From: a virus
Reading direction: 5' to 3' (one strand)
DNA length: 64,000 bases
IMG/VR virus record: IMGVR_UViG_3300035698_007281
Span: 29,512-93,511 of that record
Shown: one piece after another, positions 49,526 through 57,987 of the stretch
Position numbering within the stretch: the stretch's first letter is position 1
How the letters are laid out: the number at the start of each line of letters is the position of its first letter
Translations under genes and position numbers: made by a program
Notes under the pieces: generated by a model
Databases searched by the model: none
The model's input: only the letters and a program-made list of their open reading frames with translations
Told to the model about the DNA's origin: nothing

Positions 49526-50881
49526 ATGAAACTTGAAGAAGTGACCCCTGACAACATCCGAGGCGTTGACCAGATCTCCGACGAGGAACTCCTGAACCTT
49601 CGGGAACGGGCCAACCAACTCTACCGGACCGCGACCGCCTGGGAGCGACACCTCCGGAAGTCCGTGGTGGGTGTGAACCAACCGATCCAGAAGGACGAAC
49701 TCATGGAGGCCTACGTGGCCCTGCGCGAGGAGATGAAGTCCCGAGGGTTGGACTCCGGCCGGACGCCGACGGCCCTGGACCGGAAGTTCCTCCGGAAGTC
49801 GATGAGAGGTTTCGACGTGTCTGACCTTCCGCCGGTCGTGGTGGCCGAGGGTGTGGTGGTTCTGGACGGGCTGATGGTGGGTAATCCGAAGGCGGCCTCC
49901 GTGGCCTCGGTCAGGATCGACGGGGACCAGTTCGGGAACGGGTACTTCACCAATGCTTTGGAGAAGCGAGTGGTGACACACTTCCTGGATCAGGTGGATC
50001 TCCCCGCCGTGGTCCGCCGGGACAATGCGGATCTCGATGGGCCGATCCTTTCCCTCTACGACCTCGTCCTGGTTCCCCGCCTGTCTTCGGATGGGGAGGT
50101 GGGCCTGGATGACCTGAGGAAACGCCTGGGACCGCCTGAGGGCGACGATCTCCCTGAAGACGACTCCCTGGCGGCCGAGGCCCCCGAAACGCCCTCAGAT
50201 GATGAACCCGAACCCTTCCTCACCGTCGAGGATGTGACGAAGTACCGGAACCCGGCCCATGTGGTTCAGTTGGTCCCCCTGAGTCCGGAGTTTGCGACCT
50301 ACGAGACCAAGGCCGACCATTTCGGGCCGGGGATCTCGGTGACCTACGGCCTCCTGGAGAAGACCGGGAAGTCGAAACTCGTGGCCATCAGGTTTGACGC
50401 CAAGGAGTTCTTGGCCTCGGCCGCCGAGGATTGGGTCAAGGGTTTCGGGTACTGGACCGACGAGGCCCGGATGAAACCGGCCGAAGTTCTGGCGAAGCGG
50501 GAACCGGACGATTCTCCCTTCCTCAAGAACGAGGACCAACGCATCGTGGGCGGGGTGGTGTACTATCTGAACAAGGTTGACGCCCAGGGCGATTTTATGG
50601 ATGACTTCCGGGAACTCTTCGACGCCATGAAGTCCTGGATGATCACCGGCCACGTCATGAAGGTGATGCACAACGGCCATCCGGTCGAAACCCCTCTGGT
50701 TGAATGCTTCATGGCCGAGGGGCCGTGTGAGAAGGGAGGTTGCAAACTGGAGAAGGGTGACTGGTACATCTCCAACTACATCCCCGAGGAGGCCGAGGGC
50801 CTCTGGCAGGACATCCGCGACGGCAAGATCACCGGTTACTCGATGGGAGGCGCGGCGACCGAAGTCGAAGACGTGTATTGA
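49526..50881 (+). CDS. protein with C-terminal XkdF-like (Peptidase S78_2) prohead protease domain
   Basis: QRIVGGVVY..VDAQGDFM..VMH..GDW..LWQDIRDGKITGYSMGG. Confidence 0.8.
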   Translation: MKLEEVTPDNIRGVDQISDEELLNLRERANQLYRTATAWERHLRKSVVGVNQPIQKDELMEAYVALREEMKSRGLDSGRTPTALDRKFLRKSMRGFDVSDLPPVVVAEGVVVLDGLMVGNPKAASVASVRIDGDQFGNGYFTNALEKRVVTHFLDQVDLPAVVRRDNADLDGPILSLYDLVLVPRLSSDGEVGLDDLRKRLGPPEGDDLPEDDSLAAEAPETPSDDEPEPFLTVEDVTKYRNPAHVVQLVPLSPEFATYETKADHFGPGISVTYGLLEKTGKSKLVAIRFDAKEFLASAAEDWVKGFGYWTDEARMKPAEVLAKREPDDSPFLKNEDQRIVGGVVYYLNKVDAQGDFMDDFRELFDAMKSWMITGHVMKVMHNGHPVETPLVECFMAEGPCEKGGCKLEKGDWYISNYIPEEAEGLWQDIRDGKITGYSMGGAATEVEDVY

Positions 50882-50915
50882 TCCTACCCCCGAGTAATTT
50901 TTAGGAGTCGTGATT

Positions 50916-52097
50916 ATGGCAGTAGGACAAGCCCTCAATTGGACTGATCGTAAGTTGATCCTCCTGGCCCTTGAGGCCTCCGGCGGAAACCAGCGGGAGG
51001 CGGTACGCGCCCTCCAGGATAAGGGAACGCCATACTCGAAGGGAAGCGTGAGCAATGTCGCCACGGACTTCCACAAGTTGCGGGACACACTCCTGTCGGT
51101 GTCCGGTGTGGATCCCGAAGATCCACTGGTCCGTTCAGCGGCCGTGAAACAACTCAGGAAGCGGAAGGGCCTCCTGGTGGGTACGTTGGCCGAACGGTTA
51201 CATTGTACGGTCCCACAGACCCAGTCGGTGATCCTGAGTTTGGAGGAGGCCGGGTATCTGGTCGAGCGGACCGGTGATCGCGTGCGCATCACGAATATCG
51301 CTACATACCGGCCTGACACCTACACCGACAAGTCCCCCCTCGACGGGAACACCCGGCGGTTCGGGGTGGTGTCGGATACCCACCTGTGTTCCAAGATGGA
51401 ACGTCTTGATGTCCTGGAGAAGGCCTACGACTACTGGGCCAAGGAAGGGATCACCGAGGTGTACCACGCCGGGAACATCGTGGACGGCCAAGCGACCTTC
51501 AACATCTACGAGATCGTGGCCCACGGGGCGACGGATCAGGCCCTTTACACCGTGCAACATTACCCCATGAGGCCGGGCATCATGACCCACTTCATCATCG
51601 GGAGTTGCCACGAGGGTTGGTGGATGAGGAACTCCGGCCTCGACTTCGGGCGATACCTCATGGGTGAGATGGAGGCCGCCGGGCGGACCGACATGAACTA
51701 CCTGGGCTTTGCCGAGGTGGATGTTGAGTTGACCAGCAAGGCGGGCAAGAGCGCGAAGATGAGACTCTTCCATCCGGGCGGGGGCACGGCCTACGCCCTC
51801 TCATATGCGACCCAGAAGATCGTCGGATCTCTCCAGGGTGGCGATAAGCCGGACATCATGTTCGTCGGCCACTACCACAAGTCGATCTACCACATGGTCC
51901 GGAATGTCCACTGTATCCAAGCTGGGTGTGTGCAGGATCAGACCCGGTTCATGCGGAACAGGAAACTGGAGGCCCACGTCGGGTACTGGACGGTGGAGGT
52001 TGAGCAAGACTCCAACGGCGCGGTCCGCCGGGTATGCCCCGAGTTCACGGCGTTCTATGACCGGTCCTATCACGTTGGCTACACTCACCAGGGATGA
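50916..52097 (+). CDS. HTH plus calcineurin-like metallophosphoesterase
   Basis: VSDTH, HAGNIVDG, GSCHE, FHP, VGHYH. Confidence 0.8.
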   Translation: MAVGQALNWTDRKLILLALEASGGNQREAVRALQDKGTPYSKGSVSNVATDFHKLRDTLLSVSGVDPEDPLVRSAAVKQLRKRKGLLVGTLAERLHCTVPQTQSVILSLEEAGYLVERTGDRVRITNIATYRPDTYTDKSPLDGNTRRFGVVSDTHLCSKMERLDVLEKAYDYWAKEGITEVYHAGNIVDGQATFNIYEIVAHGATDQALYTVQHYPMRPGIMTHFIIGSCHEGWWMRNSGLDFGRYLMGEMEAAGRTDMNYLGFAEVDVELTSKAGKSAKMRLFHPGGGTAYALSYATQKIVGSLQGGDKPDIMFVGHYHKSIYHMVRNVHCIQAGCVQDQTRFMRNRKLEAHVGYWTVEVEQDSNGAVRRVCPEFTAFYDRSYHVGYTHQG

Positions 52098-52705
52098 CCA
52101 TGACACCTGAGGAAGAGTTCAAGGAGTTGAAACCCCTGATGGATCGGGCGGTGGCCTTGCGATACCCTAGGTTGATATGGAGTCGGGAGGCAAGCAAGGA
52201 GGATTGCCTCCAGTTCGTCCAGATCAGTATGTGGGAACTCTGGGACCGTTATGATCCCGAGAAGGCCTCTCGGAAGCGGTGGGTGGCCTTCAAGGCATCG
52301 AAGTTGGTCATCGACTATCACCGGAAGGTCCACGGCCGTCTGGGTGGGAAGCGGAAGGCCAAGGAGGTCCCGTCGCTGATGGCGAGTGAGGTTTTTTTCG
52401 TTGATCAAACGACCGGACCCCAGGTCGAGGTGGATCGGAAGTTGGACACCACACTGTGGGTCCAGCGGGTGATGACAGAACTCCGGGCGATCCTTCCCAA
52501 GAAGTTCCTCAGCGTGGTCGTCCTGTACTACCTCGATGGGTTGACCATGAAACAGATCGGGGAGCGGGAGTCCCGGACCGAGTCGGCCATCTATCACAGG
52601 TTCACCACGAGGATCTGGCCAGCGATGAAGGACATCCGTGAGAGGTTCCGGGTGGAGTACCCCGACGCGGAATTCGATATTTCTTGCCTTCTATGTGGGG
52701 AGTGA
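52094..52705 (+). CDS. phage RNA polymerase sigma factor (sigma70 family)
   Basis: Region 2 RYDPEK..VIDYHRK; region 4 VLYYLDGLTMKQIGE...TESAI. Confidence 0.8.
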   Translation: MTMTPEEEFKELKPLMDRAVALRYPRLIWSREASKEDCLQFVQISMWELWDRYDPEKASRKRWVAFKASKLVIDYHRKVHGRLGGKRKAKEVPSLMASEVFFVDQTTGPQVEVDRKLDTTLWVQRVMTELRAILPKKFLSVVVLYYLDGLTMKQIGERESRTESAIYHRFTTRIWPAMKDIRERFRVEYPDAEFDISCLLCGE

Positions 52706-52851
52706 TCGATACAATAGGTTCACGGAGTTTGTGTCAGAAGACGACAAACATGAAGGAGAACTGATATGAAGCGTTAACCGATGGACCCCATGTGTAAGCG
52801 AAGTTTCCCTGGGGGTGGCCGACACCACCCCCAGGGTATGAGTTGCAAGCC

Positions 52852-52987
52852 GGGGACGTGATGGTATCGACGGCACGGCCAGCAAGATCTCGGAGGTGGT
52901 ACTCCGACCTGGACAAACGCTCAAGTGAACACCAGGGAGATCCCGAGTGACAGTGACCGGACAAGAGTTCGACTCTCTTCGTCTCCA
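52852..52987 (+). ncRNA. tmRNA-like RNA, only 136 nt
   Basis: 5' GGGGACGTGATGGTATCGAC; 3' GGAC-AAGAG TTCGACT CTCTT-CGTCTCC-A; G3.U70 pair and discriminator A. Confidence 0.7.
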
Positions 52988-53087
52988 GTTGGACCGGGTA
53001 CTCTGCCAAGAGTCCAAAGCGAAACTAGGGTGGCCCCTGAAACTTCGCACCAAACCCCGGACCATCAACTGCTAGGAGCATGTTTGA

Positions 53088-53218
53088 TCGGGAGTGGCGG
53101 AATCGGCAGACGCGCCGGGATATAAACCGGTGGACACAATCTAATCGGCCCCCTAACCTGCGCGCGGGTCGGGCCTGAGAGATTCTTGTCCTTGCAGGAT
53201 CATACCCTGCCTCCCGAG
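53088..53218 (+). ncRNA. tRNA-Leu-like RNA with ~60-nt variable hairpin and aberrant anticodon and T loops
   Basis: TCGGGAG/CTCCCGA acceptor, Leu-type D arm GTGGCGGAATCGGCAGACGCG, T stem GCAGG/CCTGC. Confidence 0.55.
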
Positions 53219-53351
53219 TGGGCAAGCGCCCAAGAAGTGAGTCCACGAATGGCAGACCCCGGACTCAGGGGGCATCGGATACCATGACGCTTTCCGGTGC
53301 TGCAACCGAAAAACCGTGACTGTCTGACGGCCGGGAACAGACCGGCAATAT

Positions 53352-53425
53352 CGCGGGATAGTTCAGTGGCCTAGAACGCCGGACTCATAATCCGGAAGTC
53401 GTGGGTTCGACTCCCACTCCCGCAA
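53352..53425 (+). tRNA. tRNA-Met(CAT), initiator-like C1:A72 mismatch
   Basis: Full cloverleaf, anticodon loop CTCATAA, TTCGACT T loop; CCA not encoded. Confidence 0.9.
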
Positions 53426-53528
53426 ATGTCGTAAGGCCTACGACTCCGTCGGAGACAAAGGACATGGTTCCGAGATCCGGTGGGTGGGGTTTGATCACCT
53501 TGCCACATCGGCTTGACCGGCGGCGGGC

Positions 53529-53606
53529 CACAGTGCGTATCTCAAAAAACCCCACAGGGTAGAGACCGGCAAGCCGGAGATCCTGGTTCGAGTCCAGGCG
53601 CGCGTG
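53529..53606 (+). ncRNA. tRNA-like RNA lacking an anticodon loop
   Basis: D stem TCTC/GAGA, CCGG-CAAG-CCGG in anticodon position, T arm CCTGG-TTCGAGT-CCAGG. Confidence 0.5.
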
Positions 53607-53621
53607 GGTGTGGCCCATTAA

Positions 53622-53695
53622 GCGGCGGTCGTCTAGTGGCCAAGGACTCCGGTTTTTCATACCGGACAACGTGGGTTCGACTCCCACCCGCCGTA
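53622..53695 (+). tRNA. tRNA-Glu(TTC)
   Basis: Cloverleaf GCGGCGG/CCGCCGT, anticodon loop TTTTCAT, TTCGACT T loop. Confidence 0.88.
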
Positions 53696-53843
53696 CTCGT
53701 TGGGAGGAGATCGAGGTCCAACCAGAAACCCCACCCACACCGAGTAATCGCGGCGGTGTGCCTCCGGTCATAACAGAGCCGGGTGGCCAACAGTGGGAGT
53801 CCTGACACAGAGCGGCCTTAGTGATCTCCACCTGACCCCAACG

Positions 53844-53883
53844 AAAAGAGGCCCCGGAATGGTTCCGGGGCCTCTTCTTTATT
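53844..53883. terminator. bidirectional rho-independent terminator
   Basis: AAAAGAGGCCCCGGAA-TGG-TTCCGGGGCCTCTTCTTT between convergent units. Confidence 0.8.
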
Positions 53884-53918
53884 GCCCCTCGATGACCAGT
53901 CGGGGAGGCGACGAAAGG

Positions 53919-54308
53919 TCAGTCGGTGGGGTCGGGCCTGTGGAGGTTCCGCGCCAGGGCAAAGGCCCTGGTGGCTACCGTATCGGCCCCGAGTTCTTTG
54001 GCCAGGGCGGCCACGTCGTGGGCCAGGGCGGTGATGGCGTTCCGGGCCAGGAGATCCATGACCACGGTCGCGGGGGAGGCCTTCTCGAATTTGCCCTTCC
54101 ACTCGGCGGCGGCCACGTCGTTCTCCAGGATGCCCCGGAAGTTTCCGTGGGTGACGTCGAAGCCCAGTTCCATCGAGGCGGCCAGGGCGGCCTGGGTCCG
54201 GGTGACCTTGTCGGCCTGGAGGCGGGTGTCATTACCCTCGATCCATTTGACCAGGGCCACCTGTTGTTTGAGTGAGAGGCGGTTGGGTGATGTTCCTTTT
54301 GTGGACAT
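53919..54308 (-). CDS. hypothetical protein
   Basis: AAAGGGA RBS. Confidence 0.55.
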   Translation of the reverse strand: MSTKGTSPNRLSLKQQVALVKWIEGNDTRLQADKVTRTQAALAASMELGFDVTHGNFRGILENDVAAAEWKGKFEKASPATVVMDLLARNAITALAHDVAALAKELGADTVATRAFALARNLHRPDPTD

Positions 54309-54395
54309 ACGTGTGTCCCTTTCACGTTGTGAGGACTCCATTGTCCTCGGTTCATTGTAGCCGAACCCCCGAGGGTTCAGTGAAGTTTTTACTGA

Positions 54396-55460
54396 TTAGT
54401 TTTCGTCCTGGGGGGCGGCCTCCAGTTCCTCGGCCTTGGACGGCCGTTTGCCCCAGGCGAACTTCTTGTCATCGTCTGAGGGCGTCCAGTTGGCGGTCAG
54501 GGTGACGCGGGATCCCTTGTCGCCGGGGATGTTCGAGGGGCAAGTCACCCAACCCTTCCAACCCGAATCGTCCTTGACCAGGAGTTTGACTACGATCCCG
54601 TAGGCGTTGTCTCGGACGTTGTAGGACAGGACGGTCCCGGTGATCACGGCCCGGCCTTCGGGGGCGTCGGCGGCCTCGGCCACATCGGCCTCATGTTTGG
54701 CCTTGCGGTCCGTGGCCCAGGTCTTCCAGTTCGAGATCCGGCCCCACAACTTCTTAGCGAATGGGATCTGCTTCTCGGACCAGTCACCATACTTGGCCAG
54801 TTTGTGGAGCATATCGTTCAACGTCTCTTCGGCCCACAGGATGTCGTTGAAGGCCTTCCCGTAGGCGGCCCGCTGGGTCCGGAACCAAGCGGCCTCACCC
54901 TTACGGAAGGCGTCCTCGATCTGGTTCAGTTCCAGGAGGCGTTCGGGGGTCACGTCCTGGGGATCGATGTATTGATACATGGAGGCGGGGGCTTCCGGCT
55001 TTCCGTCCCGGAGGCCAGCGACCCGGCCACCGTTCTCGTGGTCGAACCAATCACCCAGGTCGGTCATCCCGTATTCGCCGAGGGCCTGGGCCAATCGCTT
55101 CTTCCCGGCCATGAATTCGCGGCCCAGGGCGATGGCGGCGCGGGCGGCCTTGAAGACGCCGAGGTCTTCCAGTTCCATCTTCTCGGAACAAGTGGAGCCG
55201 ACCCGGATGACCTCGCCGGTGTGGGTGTGAACGAAGATGCCAAGGTAGTGGCTCAAGGCCCCACAGATCCCACAGTTCCCGCCGTGGGTGTGGAGACTCC
55301 AGGTCCAGTTGTTCTTGGCCATGACCTTCTTGATCTGGTCGCGCTCGCCTCGGAAGCCCATCATCTCTAAGGCATCGGGGCCGACGTAGTCCCAACCGAT
55401 GTTGAGGTAGTCAGCGGGGTTGATCTTGCCGGTCGAGTGGATGTCGGTTCGCTTGGTCAT
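54396..55460 (-). CDS. early protein with CxxC...C motif and C-terminal OB-like domain
   Basis: CGICG..VGSTC; ITGTVLS..KLLVKDD..KGSRVTLTA..FAWGKRP. Confidence 0.6.
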   Translation of the reverse strand: MTKRTDIHSTGKINPADYLNIGWDYVGPDALEMMGFRGERDQIKKVMAKNNWTWSLHTHGGNCGICGALSHYLGIFVHTHTGEVIRVGSTCSEKMELEDLGVFKAARAAIALGREFMAGKKRLAQALGEYGMTDLGDWFDHENGGRVAGLRDGKPEAPASMYQYIDPQDVTPERLLELNQIEDAFRKGEAAWFRTQRAAYGKAFNDILWAEETLNDMLHKLAKYGDWSEKQIPFAKKLWGRISNWKTWATDRKAKHEADVAEAADAPEGRAVITGTVLSYNVRDNAYGIVVKLLVKDDSGWKGWVTCPSNIPGDKGSRVTLTANWTPSDDDKKFAWGKRPSKAEELEAAPQDEN

Positions 55461-55508
55461 GGTCTTGTCCCTTGTTTGCGGTGTTCGGTTGTTTGCTTCA
55501 CTGAGAGT

Positions 55509-55537
55509 ATTATCGGGTGCGGGCTTCTTGAAGTCAA
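55509..55537 (-). promoter_or_regulatory. early promoter, copy 9
   Basis: TTGACT-N17-GATAAT. Confidence 0.85.
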
Positions 55538-55574
55538 TAACAAAATCAAAAAACTTTCCCCCCTGGGAAACCGA

Positions 55575-55934
55575 TTAGAGGCTGGCCTCACAGAGATCCT
55601 CTCGGAGGGCGTCACATTCCTCGTCCGACATCAGGACCAGATAGGAGACGTACACGTCGCCATCGTTCTGGAGGGTGTGTTGTGGGGACGTCGGGCGGCG
55701 GCGAAGTGTGCCGGTTCCGAAGACGGCCTGGGCGAACCCGGCCAAGTTGGTCCCGGAGGAGTAGGTCTGGCGGTTCGAGATCGAGCAACGGAAACCGGCC
55801 TTGTCCTTACCATGCTTATCCGGGCAAACCCAGATGATGTCCTTGGCGGCGGCGTCCTCTTCCTTGATCTCGGCTAGGAGGCGGGCGAGGTCTTCGTTGG
55901 CGGCTTTGATAACGTTGTCGGTGTGGTTGGTCAT
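55575..55934 (-). CDS. early hypothetical protein
   Basis: AAGGGA RBS, downstream of promoter copy 10. Confidence 0.6.
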   Translation of the reverse strand: MTNHTDNVIKAANEDLARLLAEIKEEDAAAKDIIWVCPDKHGKDKAGFRCSISNRQTYSSGTNLAGFAQAVFGTGTLRRRPTSPQHTLQNDGDVYVSYLVLMSDEECDALREDLCEASL

Positions 55935-55981
55935 GTCTGTGTCCCTTGGTCTCGTGTTCGGTTGTTTGCTTCACTACAACC

Positions 55982-56010
55982 ATTATCGCCCGGACCAACC
56001 AGGAAGTCAA
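55982..56010 (-). promoter_or_regulatory. early promoter, copy 10
   Basis: TTGACT-N17-GATAAT. Confidence 0.85.
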
Positions 56011-56084
56011 GAAGAAAATGAGATTTTTTTGATCCCCCGAAAACCCCCTCCCACACAGGCCCACGCGGGAGGGGGTGGGCGCGA

Positions 56085-56552
56085 TCAGGCCAGGGTGGCC
56101 GTCACCGCGCGGTAGTAAGCGCCGGACCGGGCCGCCTTCCTCTCGTTGACTACCCACTCCGGGGTCTGGAGTTCTGCCTTCCACCGCTTGACGGCCAGAC
56201 CCACCTCGGACCGGGTGATGAAATAGATCCCGTGGGATCCGGAGTAGGACAAGGAATCGATGGTCTCCAAGTCATCCAGTTCCCCTTCGGTGTTCTCGAT
56301 GGTGATCAGGTGTTCCTTGTCACCATCCCGGCGGTCGAGCAAACGCCCGGCCGTTCGGACGAACTCGGCCACGTCGGCGCGGGGATCTCCGATGGTGTTC
56401 CTGGCCACACCCACCCGTCGGTAGTCCATGTCGTCGAGGATGGCCCACACCGTGGCCGGGTCGCCCATGTCCTCCAGGATCACGGCCGGGGAGTGGAGGA
56501 CTTTCGAGTCACTCCGGAATACGATTACGCCATGTTCACTCATCAGGTTCAT
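56085..56552 (-). CDS. hypothetical protein
   Basis: Co-directional ORF after the HExxH gene. Confidence 0.55.
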   Translation of the reverse strand: MNLMSEHGVIVFRSDSKVLHSPAVILEDMGDPATVWAILDDMDYRRVGVARNTIGDPRADVAEFVRTAGRLLDRRDGDKEHLITIENTEGELDDLETIDSLSYSGSHGIYFITRSEVGLAVKRWKAELQTPEWVVNERKAARSGAYYRAVTATLA

Positions 56553-56555
56553 CTC

Positions 56556-57362
56556 CTATTTGGCCCAGGTCGCGGCGACCTTGACCTTCTTGTTGATGAT
56601 ACCGTCCAGGAGGAGAGACGCCGCGATTGGCCCCATGTACTGGGAGACCAACTCCAGGAAGATCTTGACGAAGGCCGGACCGTGGGAGTCACTTCGGCCT
56701 TCGTTCTGGTTGACGTAGTGGGCCAACTCGTGGAGGACAACCATCTCATTCCAGGCCCACCGGGGGAAGGTCAGACCGGCGATCCCGCCGGTGGCGGACT
56801 GGTGTTTCCTGTTCGGGAACACCAAACGGATCGTGCCGGAGGACGAGCGGGGACAGTTGGCCTTGAACCAGTCGGAGGCCTGGACCATCTCGATGAACAA
56901 CTTGACCTCGGTGGGGGAGTTGAACTTCCCGTTGATCCGGCCGTGCGCGGTCTTCAGGAGGCGTTCGGCATCATACACCCGTTGCCTCTGGTGGTCTCGG
57001 TTCTTCCGGGTCGAGGGTGATGTCCCCAGGACCAACTGGGCCTTCCCGCCGTAGACGTGGATCCCCACGGCCTTCTTGATCAGGCGGTCGTTGGGGCCTT
57101 GATAGTACCAGGACTTTGCCACAACGTCCACCCACCCGTAGGTGGTGAACCAGCGGATGACATTCTTGTGGTCGCCGGTCCACTCGCCCAGGGGCCAGTT
57201 GTCCGGGCCGTCGATCCGGAAGTTGTGATACTTTGCGTCCAGGGTCGGCATCAGTTCGGGGAAGGCTTCACTCAAACGCAACCCCGCGAGGTTTCCTCGG
57301 TGGAGGATCGTGTAGAGGTTCACTTTGTCGAACGTGTTTTTCACTGTGGCGGTGATTCTCAT
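56556..57362 (-). CDS. HExxH metallohydrolase (SprT/TIGR04338-like)
   Basis: RDHQRQRVYDAE, WAWNEMVVLHELAH, HGPAF. Confidence 0.75.
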   Translation of the reverse strand: MRITATVKNTFDKVNLYTILHRGNLAGLRLSEAFPELMPTLDAKYHNFRIDGPDNWPLGEWTGDHKNVIRWFTTYGWVDVVAKSWYYQGPNDRLIKKAVGIHVYGGKAQLVLGTSPSTRKNRDHQRQRVYDAERLLKTAHGRINGKFNSPTEVKLFIEMVQASDWFKANCPRSSSGTIRLVFPNRKHQSATGGIAGLTFPRWAWNEMVVLHELAHYVNQNEGRSDSHGPAFVKIFLELVSQYMGPIAASLLLDGIINKKVKVAATWAK

Positions 57363-57401
57363 GGTAGTCCCTTTTCGTCTCGTGGTCTTGTGGTTGTCAA
57401 T

Positions 57402-57531
57402 GAAGACCGGAACCAAAATCCCGTGGCGGGACTCGAACCCACTCCGAGAGTGCAACCAGGATTGCCGTCCTTCTCTCAGTTCCTTCCGGCCCCCGGCAAG
57501 GGGCCTTCACGGGATTTTGGTTCCGGTCTTC
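57402..57531 (-). ncRNA. putative structured tRNA-like RNA in early leader (copy B)
   Basis: 24-bp perfect inverted repeat (57402-57425/57508-57531) enclosing hairpins, including GTGGG-TTCGAGT-CCCGC. Confidence 0.55.
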
Positions 57532-57560
57532 GATTGTCAATACCAACTTCATCTACGAGC

Positions 57561-57589
57561 ATTATCGGGTGTCCGCTTCTTGAAGTCAA
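57561..57589 (-). promoter_or_regulatory. early promoter, copy 11
   Basis: TTGACT-N17-GATAAT. Confidence 0.85.
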
Positions 57590-57613
57590 GAACAAAATGA
57601 GATTTTTTTGAGG

Positions 57614-57832
57614 TTACTTTCTCAGGGCCTCCTGGGTGAGATCCACAACGAGGTGGCATCGGCCGAGTGACTCGTCCTTCGAGTCGTGGATCGTTACGTG
57701 GACGTTGCCCCCTCGACGGAGGGAGACCTTCCGGGCGGCCCGGAGGTCCTTGACCAACCTGTCCAGCGATTCCGTGGTCAGGAGTCGGAGGGTGATGGAT
57801 GGAGCGTTCAGCGGTCGGCGGCCTTTCGCCAT
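57614..57832 (-). CDS. hypothetical protein
   Basis: AAAGGGA RBS. Confidence 0.5.
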   Translation of the reverse strand: MAKGRRPLNAPSITLRLLTTESLDRLVKDLRAARKVSLRRGGNVHVTIHDSKDESLGRCHLVVDLTQEALRK

Positions 57833-57987
57833 TATGGTCCCTTTCCTCGTTGGGGTACATGCTAGGAGTTCACTTTATTATATCGATCACGAAAGACATT
57901 CAATAATTTTCTCAAGTGGTAAAGGGGGTGAGGCCGTTATAGATAGAGGAAGCGGGACGATGTCTCGCGCCTGGAGACGAGATCCAC

